A stretch of DNA of 64,000 nt from Dehalococcoidia bacterium (GTDB lineage Bacteria; Chloroflexota; Dehalococcoidia; Lucifugimonadales; UBA1127): assembly GCA_965249605.1 (NCBI GenBank), contig OZ252245.1, forward strand, positions 830,250 to 894,249, given 5' to 3'. A program made the position numbers and the translations under genes. The first letter of the stretch is position 1, and every line of letters begins with the position of its first letter. The notes beneath the pieces were generated by a model. That model saw only the letters and a list, made by a program, of their open reading frames with translations. It was not told where the DNA came from and searched no databases. Below are positions 44,134 to 52,865 of the stretch, one piece after another.

Positions 44134-44368
44134 CGCTGCGAAGGGGCAACGGACCGGCGTCAGGGGAGTGAGGCACTGGTGAGGGGAGAGCTCGCGCCCG
44201 CGCTCTCGCGGGGGTGGCGTTTTCTCGCTCGTACTGCGGGCGGGAGTACTGCGGGAGCGGGGATTCGGGTCGTCGGCTGCTTTGCCATGCCTGCCAACTT
44301 CCTGTATGTTGACGGCGCACAAATCGGCATCGGGTATTCCGTGCGTGACATAACGATGGGGGGACACC

Positions 44369-44809
44369 ATGCAAGCTAAGGGGTTCAGCCACATCTATCT
44401 GCCGTCCCGGAGCGTGGACGAGTCCATCGCCTTTTACACGGAGCGGCTGGGGTTCAAGCTGCTCCGGAAGTACAGGACGGGGACCGGAGGATCGGCGTCG
44501 GCGTACTGCGAGCTTGGGGGCGTGCTGCTGGAGCTGACGCAGGGACAGAACACGCCGGACTCGGACGGGCGGACGGAGCCGCGCATCGGGCTGCAGGTGG
44601 ACGACATCGCGGAGGCCATTGCGGAGCTGAAGGCCGCGGGCGTGCACGTGGAGCGCGAGCCATGGACCGCGCGAACCTTCTGGGGGCTGCAGGCGATGAT
44701 CAAGGACCCCTCCGGCTGGATCATCTCGCTGCGAGAGTGGAGGGAGCCGGACAACCCCTACTACGCCGACTGGCAGCCCGTGCATGACGACGTGGAGCGG
44801 CTGGCGTAG
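44369..44809 (+). CDS. VOC (glyoxalase/bleomycin-resistance/dioxygenase) family protein
   Basis: 146 aa. GFSHIYLPSRSVDESIAFYTERLGFKL and KDPSGWIISL are typical VOC beta-alpha-beta-beta-beta modules. Confidence 0.85.
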   Translation: MQAKGFSHIYLPSRSVDESIAFYTERLGFKLLRKYRTGTGGSASAYCELGGVLLELTQGQNTPDSDGRTEPRIGLQVDDIAEAIAELKAAGVHVEREPWTARTFWGLQAMIKDPSGWIISLREWREPDNPYYADWQPVHDDVERLA

Positions 44810-44833
44810 GGGGAGTTCCTCCCTTCTTGTTCA

Positions 44834-44860
44834 CCCTTCGATTTCCCTCAGCACGAACGG
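44834..44860 (+). repeat. Degenerate REP-like repeat
   Basis: cccttcgatttccctcagcacgaacgg is related to CCCTTCGACAGGCTCAGGGCGAACGG. Confidence 0.45.
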
Positions 44861-44954
44861 CCCCACCCCCTAGGCTCGTGCTCCGTACCTGGGTAAGGGC
44901 GGGGCCCTGCGCGGGAATGACGGTTGAAGACTACGAATTGCAGAGGAGGCTTCC

Positions 44955-46139
44955 TTGAAGCGCAGTGAGGACAGGATTTTGACCACCCACGTGGGCGCGT
45001 TGCCCCGGCCGCAGGAGCTTGGCGCGATGGTGCTCGCGAAGACGACCGGGCGATTGCTCGACGCCGACCAACTCGCGGAGTGGCTGCGGAACGCGGTCGC
45101 CGACGTGGTGCGCGCGCAACTGGACGCGGGCATCGACATCATCAACGACGGGGAATACGGCAAGACCAACTGGAACAACTACATCGGCGGGCGGCTGTCG
45201 GGGTTCGAACACCGTGACCCCACGCCGGACGAGGTGACGGGGTCCGGGACACAGGCGGGGATCGTCGGGCGAGACCGGCGCGCCTTCGATGAATTCTACG
45301 CGGACTATGACGCCAACGCCGCACGCATCCGGCAGGCGCGCGCAGGCGGGGCCTCCGCCACGTCCCAGAACCTGGTCAACGTCGGGGCGGTGTCGTACAC
45401 AGGGCAGGCAGCCATCCAAACGGACGTCGACAACCTGCGGGGGGCAATCGGGTCGGCGCCGGTCGTGGACGTGTTCATGCCCTCCGTAGGCCCGGACAAC
45501 GTTTTGCCGCAGAGCCGCTACGAGCACTACGCAGGCGAGGCGGAGTACGTGGCGGCGGTGGCCGAGTCGATGCACTCCGAGTACAAGGCCATCACGGACG
45601 CTGGGTACATCCTGCAGATCGATGCGCCGGTGGGCAAGTTTGAGACGCAGGACATGACGCTGGAGGGCTTTCGCGCCCGGTTTGCCCGCAGTGTGGAGGC
45701 GCTGAACCACGCGCTGGAGGGCATCCCGGAGGAGCAGGTGCGTTTCCACCTGTGCTTCGGGAGCTGGCACGGCCCCCACGGCTACGACCTGGAGCTGAAG
45801 AACGTGGTGGACCTGGTGCTGCAGGTGAACGCGCAGGCCTACTCCATAGAGGCGGCAAACCCGCGACATGAGCACGAGTGGAAGGTCTGGCGCGACACCA
45901 AGCTCCCCGACGGGAAGATCCTCATGCCTGGGGTTGTGACCCACTCCACCAACACCATCGAGCACCCGGAGTTGGTGTCGGACCGGATCGAGCGCTTCGC
46001 CGGTGTGGTCGGGCGGCAGAACGTGGTGGCGAGCACCGACTGCGGGCTGGGGGCGCGGGTACACCCGCAGGTCGCGTGGGCCAAGCTGCGGACATTGTCG
46101 GAGGGTGCGCGGATGGCCAGCGGTCGGCTGTGGGGATAG
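44955..46139 (+). CDS. MetE C-terminal-domain-like Zn enzyme (paralog 3 of 5)
   Basis: TTG start with GAGGAGG upstream: MKRSEDRILTTHVGALPRP. Motifs: FHLCFGSW, NPRHEHEW, TDCGLGA. Confidence 0.85.
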   Translation: MKRSEDRILTTHVGALPRPQELGAMVLAKTTGRLLDADQLAEWLRNAVADVVRAQLDAGIDIINDGEYGKTNWNNYIGGRLSGFEHRDPTPDEVTGSGTQAGIVGRDRRAFDEFYADYDANAARIRQARAGGASATSQNLVNVGAVSYTGQAAIQTDVDNLRGAIGSAPVVDVFMPSVGPDNVLPQSRYEHYAGEAEYVAAVAESMHSEYKAITDAGYILQIDAPVGKFETQDMTLEGFRARFARSVEALNHALEGIPEEQVRFHLCFGSWHGPHGYDLELKNVVDLVLQVNAQAYSIEAANPRHEHEWKVWRDTKLPDGKILMPGVVTHSTNTIEHPELVSDRIERFAGVVGRQNVVASTDCGLGARVHPQVAWAKLRTLSEGARMASGRLWG

Positions 46140-46142
46140 GGG

Positions 46143-46210
46143 CCCTTCGACAGGCTCAGGGCGAACGGTGGAAGGGATGACAGGCCCATCGACAGGCTCA
46201 GGGCGAACGG
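46143..46210 (+). repeat. Two tandem REP-like elements, 42-bp period
   Basis: cccttcgacaggctcagggcgaacgg (46143-46168) and cccatcgacaggctcagggcgaacgg (46185-46210). A CCTTCCCCC/GGGGGAAGG hairpin follows at about 46231-46253. Confidence 0.8.
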
Positions 46211-46327
46211 TGGGACTCACCCCCATCCCAACCTTCCCCCATCGAGGGGGAAGGGGCTCGCAGCACGGCCCCGCCCCTGGATTCCTGCCTCCGCCGAATA
46301 GCGGTATGTTTGACATAAGGAGCTGAC

Positions 46328-48046
46328 ATGGCTAGCTCAGCGGAGCACATTCTGCAGGTGTTGGAAGAGGCCGGTGTCGAGTACGTATTCGGGATACCCG
46401 GGGGCGGGACCAGCCAGATCTTCGCGCTGATGCATGGGCGAGAGGACCGCATCAAGCCGATCCTCGTACGGCACGAGCAGGTGGCGGGGATCATGGCGGA
46501 CGCCTACGGCCGGGCAACAGGCAAGCCCGCCGCCGTGATGGGACAGGGGCTGTTCATCGGCTCGAACGCGAGCTTCGGCATCATGGAGGCGATGCTGAGC
46601 AGCTCGCCGATGCTGGTGGTCACGGACACGTCCGACGGCGGGGCGGGGCAGCACCCGGCGAACCAATCGGGCGCAGGGGAGTACGGCAGCATCGACCTGC
46701 CGGCCATCTTCCGCGCGATGACCAAGTACACCACGCTGGCGGCCAGCCCCAAGGAGGCGGTCATCGGCACGCAGCTCGCGCTGAAGCACGCCACCACGGG
46801 GCGGCCGGGCCCCGCGGCAGTCGTCATGCGCTCGGCGGCGGCGGGGGGCGAGGTCGACGTGGAGTCGCCGCCGTTTCTCCACCACACGGCGGGGTACCTG
46901 AACAACGCCAAGCCGCAGAGCGCGCCGGAGGACATCAGCCGGGCCGTCGACATCCTGGCGGCGTCGCAGCGGCCGGTGATCGTCGCGGGCAACGGCGTCC
47001 ACGTCTCACGCAGCCACGAGCTCCTGCGGGAGCTGGCCGAGGCGTTGGGCGCGCCGGTGGCGACGAGCTACAAGGGCAAGAGCGCCATCGCGGAGACGCA
47101 CCCGCTGTCGGTGGGCATGGCGGGCGTCTACGGGCAGGCCGCGGCCAACGCGGTCGTGGGGGACGCCGACACGGTGCTCGTTGTCGGGGCGAAGCTCTCG
47201 CCGCAGGACACGGTGCGGGAGCGGCCGAGCGTCTTCGACCCGCGGCGGCAGCGGATCATCCAAATAGACATCGACGAAAACAACGCGGGGTGGACCTTCC
47301 CCGTCGAGCTTGGGCTTGTCGGCGACGCGGCAAAGGTGATGGGGCAACTGCTGGAGGAGACGCGCTCTCGCGGCGCCACGGCGACGCCGGAGCGCGCGGC
47401 ATGGACGGCCTCGCTGCCGGAGCGCAGGCAAAGCCACGGCTACTACGATGAGCCCGCCATGCACGAGGAGAGTTCGCCAGTGACGCCGCAGCGGCTCGTG
47501 TCGCTGCTGCGCGCAACGATGCCGGAGGACACGGTGTACGCGCTGGACGCGGGCAACAATCGGACATGGATGGCGCACATCTTCCAGGCCGTGCAGCCGC
47601 ACACCTTCTTCTGCCCAGGCGGCACCGCGGGCATGGGCTGGGGGCTGCCGGCGGCCGTCGCGCTGAAGCTGGTGTACCGCGACCGGCCCGTCGTGTGCGT
47701 CACGGGCGACGGCGGCTACATGATGACGGTGAACGCCCTGTCGACGGCGATGCAGTACGACCTGCCGATGATCTGCGTGGTGTTCAACGACGGCGCGTTG
47801 GGCATGGTGAACCAGCACCAGGCGGAGGGGAAGAAGGTCGCGTCCGAGTTCTACCCGACGGACAACGCGGCGGTGGCGCGCGGTTTCGGGGCCTACGGGG
47901 TGCAGGTGCGGGACTCGCGCGACCTGCCGGGGGCGTTGCGCGACGCGATGGCGTCGGGGCTGCCGGCGGTCGTCGACGTGATCATCGACCGGGAGCAGCG
48001 CCCGGACGACTTCCGCGCCGACGTGCGGAGGGCGACCGAAACGTAG
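46328..48046 (+). CDS. Thiamine-diphosphate-dependent enzyme (acetolactate synthase large-subunit-like family)
   Basis: 572 aa. N-terminal GVEYVFGIPGGG...VRHEQVAGIMADAYGRATGKPAAV and C-terminal TPP motif GDGGYMM...NDGALG. Confidence 0.9.
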   Translation: MASSAEHILQVLEEAGVEYVFGIPGGGTSQIFALMHGREDRIKPILVRHEQVAGIMADAYGRATGKPAAVMGQGLFIGSNASFGIMEAMLSSSPMLVVTDTSDGGAGQHPANQSGAGEYGSIDLPAIFRAMTKYTTLAASPKEAVIGTQLALKHATTGRPGPAAVVMRSAAAGGEVDVESPPFLHHTAGYLNNAKPQSAPEDISRAVDILAASQRPVIVAGNGVHVSRSHELLRELAEALGAPVATSYKGKSAIAETHPLSVGMAGVYGQAAANAVVGDADTVLVVGAKLSPQDTVRERPSVFDPRRQRIIQIDIDENNAGWTFPVELGLVGDAAKVMGQLLEETRSRGATATPERAAWTASLPERRQSHGYYDEPAMHEESSPVTPQRLVSLLRATMPEDTVYALDAGNNRTWMAHIFQAVQPHTFFCPGGTAGMGWGLPAAVALKLVYRDRPVVCVTGDGGYMMTVNALSTAMQYDLPMICVVFNDGALGMVNQHQAEGKKVASEFYPTDNAAVARGFGAYGVQVRDSRDLPGALRDAMASGLPAVVDVIIDREQRPDDFRADVRRATET

Positions 48047-48115
48047 TCGTTGCGCCGCCCCCTGCTTTTGGCGACAATGGGCCGAACGTTCGGATAGACA
48101 GAAGGAGGGACTACT

Positions 48116-48457
48116 ATGGAACCGATCACGCGCATGTACACGGGCGACGACGGCGAGTCCCACATCGAGGACGTGAACCTGGCGGACCACCCGGAGCTGG
48201 CGGAGGGCCTGAAGGCCACGAACATCACCTTCCGCGAGTACCCGCCGGGCCACTTCGTCGACTGGCACCCCGGACCGCGGCGGCAGTTCGTCATCACGAT
48301 TGCGGGTGAGGGCGAGATCGGGCTGGGGGACGGCACCCTCCATAGCTTTGGGCCAGGGCACGTGAACTTGGTGGAGGACACCACAGGACACGGTCACACC
48401 ACGCGTGTCGTCGGCGACGTGCCGCGCATCACGTGCACGATTCCCATCGAGGAGTAG
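48116..48457 (+). CDS. Cupin-domain protein
   Basis: 113 aa with GGAGGG upstream. Beta-rich sequence with WHPGPRRQFVITIAGEGEIGLGDGT..FGPGHVNLVEDTTGHGH. Confidence 0.65.
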   Translation: MEPITRMYTGDDGESHIEDVNLADHPELAEGLKATNITFREYPPGHFVDWHPGPRRQFVITIAGEGEIGLGDGTLHSFGPGHVNLVEDTTGHGHTTRVVGDVPRITCTIPIEE

Positions 48458-48565
48458 GGGCCGCGACAAGGGATAAGGGGGACTCCCCCACTGCAACCCT
48501 CTCCCTCAGCGGGAGGGGGTTAGGCTGTATGGCCGTCTACGTTAATTTCTGTAACGGAGTGGAAG

Positions 48566-49705
48566 ATGCTGCGGAGTACGGAACGCATTCTGACCATGCA
48601 CGCGGGCACGACGCCGCGAGTGCCTGACCTGCGGCAGATGGTGCTGGACAAGAGCTCAGGTGGGAAGGTGGACGAGGCCGATCTGACCGCTCGGCTGCGA
48701 GAGGCCATCGCGGAGGCGGTCGGGCGGCAGGTGGCGATCGGGCTGGACAGCATCAACGACGGCGAGCTCGGCAAGTCGAGCTTCACCAACTACGCGCGAG
48801 AGCGGCTGACGGGGCACGTGAACCGGCTGGCGCAGCTGGGCAACGTGCTGGCGAGGATCTACGGCCGGGACGCGGCGGACTTTCCCGACTACTTTGAGGG
48901 CCGGGGCAACCTGGGAGGCTTCGAGGTGGTGTGCGTCGGGCCGCTGGCCTACACCGGCCAAGAGGCCATCGCGGAGGACATCGCCAACTTCAAGGCGGCG
49001 CTGGACGGCGTCGACGGGCCGGAGCCGTACCTGCCCGCCGTCGCGCCGGGCACCATCGAGCACTGGATGAAGAACGAGCACTACGCCTCTGACGAGGAGT
49101 ACCTCTTTGCCATTGCCGACGCCATGCACGAGGAGTACAAGGCAATCGTCGACGCGGGTTTCCTTCTGCAGATCGACGACCCGGACCTGGCGGACGGCTG
49201 GCAGATACAGTCGGGGCTGACGGTGCCGGAGTACCGGAAGTTCGCGCAGCTCCGCGTCGAGGCGCTGAACCACGCCTTGCGGGACATCCCGGAGAGCAGC
49301 GTGCGCTTCCACATGTGCTGGGGGAGCTACAAGGGGCCCCACGTCCACGACATCCCGCTGGCGGACATTGTCGACATCATCCTGAACGTCAAGGCAGAGG
49401 GCTACTCCATCGAGGCGTCCAACCCTCGCCACGATCACGAGTACGAGGTGTGGCAGGACGTGAAGCTGCCGGAGGGCAAGCTGCTCATACCCGGCGTCAT
49501 CGGGCACGCAAACGACTTCATCGAGCACCCGGAGCTGGTGGCGCAGCGGCTGGTGCGCTACGCCGAGGCTGTCGGGCGCGAGAACGTCATGGCGGGGACG
49601 GACTGCGGCATCGGCTCGCGGGTGGGACACTCGTCGGTGTGCTGGGCCAAGTTCGAGTCGCTGGTGGAGGGCGCACGGCTGGCTACCAAGGAGCTGTGGG
49701 GCTAA
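48566..49705 (+). CDS. MetE C-terminal-domain-like Zn enzyme (paralog 4 of 5)
   Basis: MLRSTERILTMHAGTTPR; FHMCWGSY; NPRHDHEY; TDCGIGS. Confidence 0.85.
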   Translation: MLRSTERILTMHAGTTPRVPDLRQMVLDKSSGGKVDEADLTARLREAIAEAVGRQVAIGLDSINDGELGKSSFTNYARERLTGHVNRLAQLGNVLARIYGRDAADFPDYFEGRGNLGGFEVVCVGPLAYTGQEAIAEDIANFKAALDGVDGPEPYLPAVAPGTIEHWMKNEHYASDEEYLFAIADAMHEEYKAIVDAGFLLQIDDPDLADGWQIQSGLTVPEYRKFAQLRVEALNHALRDIPESSVRFHMCWGSYKGPHVHDIPLADIVDIILNVKAEGYSIEASNPRHDHEYEVWQDVKLPEGKLLIPGVIGHANDFIEHPELVAQRLVRYAEAVGRENVMAGTDCGIGSRVGHSSVCWAKFESLVEGARLATKELWG

Positions 49706-49720
49706 CGGAGGGGATAGACC

Positions 49721-50875
49721 ATGCCTAGCGGCGTCGAGCGCATCCTGACCACGCACACCGGCAGCCTGCCGAGGCCAGCGGACCTGCTTGCCATGATCCA
49801 GGCCAAGGAGACGGGGCAGCCCTTCGACGCGGAGGAACTCGCTGCCGCGGTGCGGCGGTCGGTCGCGGAGGCGGTGGAGGCGCAGGCCAACGCCGGCATC
49901 GACATCGTCAACGACGGCGAGTTCAGCAAGCCGGGGTTCTCCGACTACATCAAGGACCGGGTGAGCGGCCTCGGGGGCGTGGACCCGTCTCCGCAGGCGC
50001 CAACGGAAGTGGACTTCCCCGAATTCGCGGAATGGTGGCGCGGCGTCGGATTCCTGGGCAGCGTCGCGTTCCCGCGGCCGGTGTGCGTCGGGCCGATGGC
50101 GTGGACGCACCCGGAGACGGTGGAGACGGACCTCGCCAACTTCAGGGACGCGCTAACGGGCGTCGACGTTGCGGGCGCCTTCATGACGGCATCGTCGCCG
50201 GGCATACTCGACCTGCGCATCGCCAACCGGCACTACGCCTCCGAGGAGGAGTACGTCTACGCCCTCGCGGAGATGATGAAGGTGGAGTATCGCGCCATTG
50301 CGAACGCGGGGTTCGTGCTGCAGGTGGACGCGCCGGAGATGGCGATGGGGCGCAACTGGGCGCGGTTCCGCGACGGCTCGCTGGGGGACTTCCGCCGGGT
50401 CATGGGCCTGTGGGCGGAGGCGCTGAACTACGCGCTGGGGGGCATCCCGGAGGAGCAGGTGCGCTACCACATCTGCTGGGGCAACAACGAGGGGCCGCAC
50501 GTTCGCGACGTGCCGCTGCGGGACATCGTGGACATTGTAATGCAGGTGCGCGCGGGCGCGTACTCCGTCGAGGCGTCCAACCCCCGGCACGCGCACGAGT
50601 GGCGGGTGTGGCAGGACGTGAAGCTGCCGGAGGGCAAGACGCTCATCCCCGGAGTCATCGACTCCACCACGAACTTCGTTGAGCACCCGGAGCTGGTGCG
50701 CGACAGGATCCTGAGCTACACCAACGTCGTCGGGCGAGACAATGTCGTTGCAAGCACGGACTGCGGGTTCGGCACCTTTGCGGGCCGGTCGCGCGTCCAT
50801 CCCACCGTCGTGTGGGCAAAGCTGCAGGCAATGTCGGAGGGCGCGAGGCTGGCAAGTCAGGAACTTTGGGGCTAG
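49721..50875 (+). CDS. MetE C-terminal-domain-like Zn enzyme (paralog 5 of 5, tandem with paralog 4)
   Basis: MPSGVERILTTHTGSLPRP; YHICWGNN; NPRHAHEW; TDCGFGT. It starts 15 nt after the previous stop. Confidence 0.85.
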   Translation: MPSGVERILTTHTGSLPRPADLLAMIQAKETGQPFDAEELAAAVRRSVAEAVEAQANAGIDIVNDGEFSKPGFSDYIKDRVSGLGGVDPSPQAPTEVDFPEFAEWWRGVGFLGSVAFPRPVCVGPMAWTHPETVETDLANFRDALTGVDVAGAFMTASSPGILDLRIANRHYASEEEYVYALAEMMKVEYRAIANAGFVLQVDAPEMAMGRNWARFRDGSLGDFRRVMGLWAEALNYALGGIPEEQVRYHICWGNNEGPHVRDVPLRDIVDIVMQVRAGAYSVEASNPRHAHEWRVWQDVKLPEGKTLIPGVIDSTTNFVEHPELVRDRILSYTNVVGRDNVVASTDCGFGTFAGRSRVHPTVVWAKLQAMSEGARLASQELWG

Positions 50876-50920
50876 GCTAGGAGAGAGACAGGGAAGGGAA
50901 AGAGGAGACCCAGAAACGAC

Positions 50921-51364
50921 ATGCAAATGAGGAGGATCACCAACGCGGGCGCGCTGCAGAAAGCGGCGGCTGCACGAATGCGTGAGTCGCAGGCGCTGCG
51001 GGCCAACGCGCAATGGCAGGGCCACCACACGGACGACGAGGTCGAGATCAACGGCGCAAGCGGCGTCACTGGCGGCTACGTCGGGCTCTACGGCGGCGTC
51101 GTTGCCGCGTGCATTGGCGCAGCCACCGGCGATCGGGACCTGTACTTCTGGAGCCTGCTAGCCATCATCGTTGTGGCCTTCGCGTATGGCGTCCTCTCCG
51201 GCGGCGCGAACACCAAGACCATGAAGGCGAAGCTGAGCACCGCCTGCCTGTACGGCAGCCTGTTCAGCTTCGTGGCCTTTGTGGTGGGGGTCGTCGTTAG
51301 CGTCATGGTCATGGTGCCGGTGCTCATGGTGCTTGCCGCGCTGAACGTGGGTCGGTACGGGTAG
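50921..51364 (+). CDS. Hypothetical membrane protein (soluble N-terminus plus 3 TM segments)
   Basis: 147 aa with G/C-rich third positions. TM segments are YGGVVAACIGAA, FWSLLAIIVVAFAYGVL and LFSFVAFVVGVVVSVMVMVPVLMVLAAL. No family recognised. Confidence 0.5.
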   Translation: MQMRRITNAGALQKAAAARMRESQALRANAQWQGHHTDDEVEINGASGVTGGYVGLYGGVVAACIGAATGDRDLYFWSLLAIIVVAFAYGVLSGGANTKTMKAKLSTACLYGSLFSFVAFVVGVVVSVMVMVPVLMVLAALNVGRYG

Positions 51365-51507
51365 AACGGGCGCCGCGGGTTCAGGGAGCGATGCTGGATA
51401 TTCGAGATTCGTTTGGGAAATCGGCAGAACCGGTGTTCACTTTCTCCAAATCCCTGTTACAATCGCTGAGACATAACCCCTGCTGCTCAAGACAGAAGGA
51501 GGCATAG

Positions 51508-52836
51508 ATGCTCACGCAAGTAGAGACGGACCTGCTGTGTAGGGTTGGACCCGGTACGCCGATGGGCGCCCTCATGCGGGAGTACTGGCTGCCCGCCGCC
51601 TACGAGTGGGAGCTTGAGCCGGACGGCCAACCGCAGCGGGTGCGCCTGTTGGGCGAGGACCTGCTGGCGTGGCGTGACTCGGAGGGCAACGTCGCCTTCA
51701 CGCAGCAGCGCTGCCCCCACCGGGGCGCGGGCCTGTTCTTCGGCCGCAACGAGGCTGGAGGGCTGCGGTGCGCGTACCACGGCTGGAAGTTCGACGTGAA
51801 CGGCAGCTGCATCGACATGCCCAACGAGCCGCCCACGAGCAACTTCAAGAACAAGATGAAGATCACTTCCTACAAGGGAGCGGACTTCGGCGGCGTGGTG
51901 TGGGCCTACATGGGCCCCAAGCAGGACGACCCTCCCGGGATGCCGCAATTCGAGTGGGGGCTTGTCCCCGAGGAACAGCGGCGGCACTACCGGCGGTTCA
52001 TCTACGAGTGCAACTGGATGCAGGCGCTGGAGGGCGAGCTTGACTCCACCCACGCGCCCATCCTTCACGGCCGCCTGCACGCTGAGGACGAGCCCAAGTA
52101 CGGCGGTTACACCGTAGAGAAGGTTGCGGACTTCTACGTGGAAAAGACGGTATACGGCCTGGTCTACGGCGCCGAGCGAAAGCAGCCGGACGGCAACTCC
52201 TACTGGCGCGCCAGCCACTTCCTCTTCCCCTTCTACGGCATGTTCCCCGCCACAAATTCTCGAGTGCCCCTGTCCATCTATGTGCCCATCGACGACTACT
52301 ACACGATGCACTTCGGCCTGCAATGGCACCCCACCGAGGCCATGGCCGGCAGCCGCTTCCCGACGCCGGACCTGCCGGACGAGCCGGGTGTGTTGTCGCT
52401 GAACCAGGGCCCGTGGAAGCCCGAGCAGAAGGGGACGTTCTACGCCAACTGGTGGCCGGAGATCAGTCCTGAGACGGACTTCCACATGGACCTGTGGGCC
52501 AAGAAGAACAAGAACACTACCGGCATCCCCAGCGTCCGACAACAGGACGCGGCGATCGAGTGGAGCATGGGCGCCATCATGGATCGGACCAAGGAGCACC
52601 TGGGCACGGCGGACGCGAGCATCATCCGGGCGCGGCGGCAACTGCTCTCGGCGGCGCGAGCGCTGGTCGAGGACGGCACGCCACCTCCGGGCGTGGAAAC
52701 GCCGGAGTCGTACAAGGTGCGCTCCTGCGCCGTGGTGCTGCCGGGCGGTGTCCCGTGGATGGAGGCGCTGGGCGATTGGTTCTTCGCCCGCACAACCGAC
52801 TACCCGGAATCGGCCGGAACGCTGACCGGCCAATAG
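51508..52836 (+). CDS. Rieske non-heme iron oxygenase alpha subunit, phthalate-dioxygenase-like
   Basis: CPHRGAGLFFGRNEAGGLRCAYHGWKF and ELDSTHAPILH. GGAGG lies upstream. Confidence 0.9.
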   Translation: MLTQVETDLLCRVGPGTPMGALMREYWLPAAYEWELEPDGQPQRVRLLGEDLLAWRDSEGNVAFTQQRCPHRGAGLFFGRNEAGGLRCAYHGWKFDVNGSCIDMPNEPPTSNFKNKMKITSYKGADFGGVVWAYMGPKQDDPPGMPQFEWGLVPEEQRRHYRRFIYECNWMQALEGELDSTHAPILHGRLHAEDEPKYGGYTVEKVADFYVEKTVYGLVYGAERKQPDGNSYWRASHFLFPFYGMFPATNSRVPLSIYVPIDDYYTMHFGLQWHPTEAMAGSRFPTPDLPDEPGVLSLNQGPWKPEQKGTFYANWWPEISPETDFHMDLWAKKNKNTTGIPSVRQQDAAIEWSMGAIMDRTKEHLGTADASIIRARRQLLSAARALVEDGTPPPGVETPESYKVRSCAVVLPGGVPWMEALGDWFFARTTDYPESAGTLTGQ

Positions 52837-52865
52837 GAATTACACGCCAAGCGAGGAGACGAAGC

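Noticed and set aside
43409-46210. CRISPR-like arrays suggested by short direct repeats (17-bp repeats at 43409/43434 and 26-bp repeats at 46143/46185).
   Set aside because: There are only two units per locus, or four counting the segmental duplication. The spacers are 8 and 16 nt, far too short. No cas genes are present. These are operator-like and REP-like repeats.
52494-52865. A 124-codon N-terminal extension of the third Rieske oxygenase ORF.
   Set aside because: The extension overlaps the 3' end of the preceding oxygenase gene in another frame and is Arg/Gly-rich. The homologous N-terminus MLTPEENELLCRVG with a GAGGAG SD begins at 52866.
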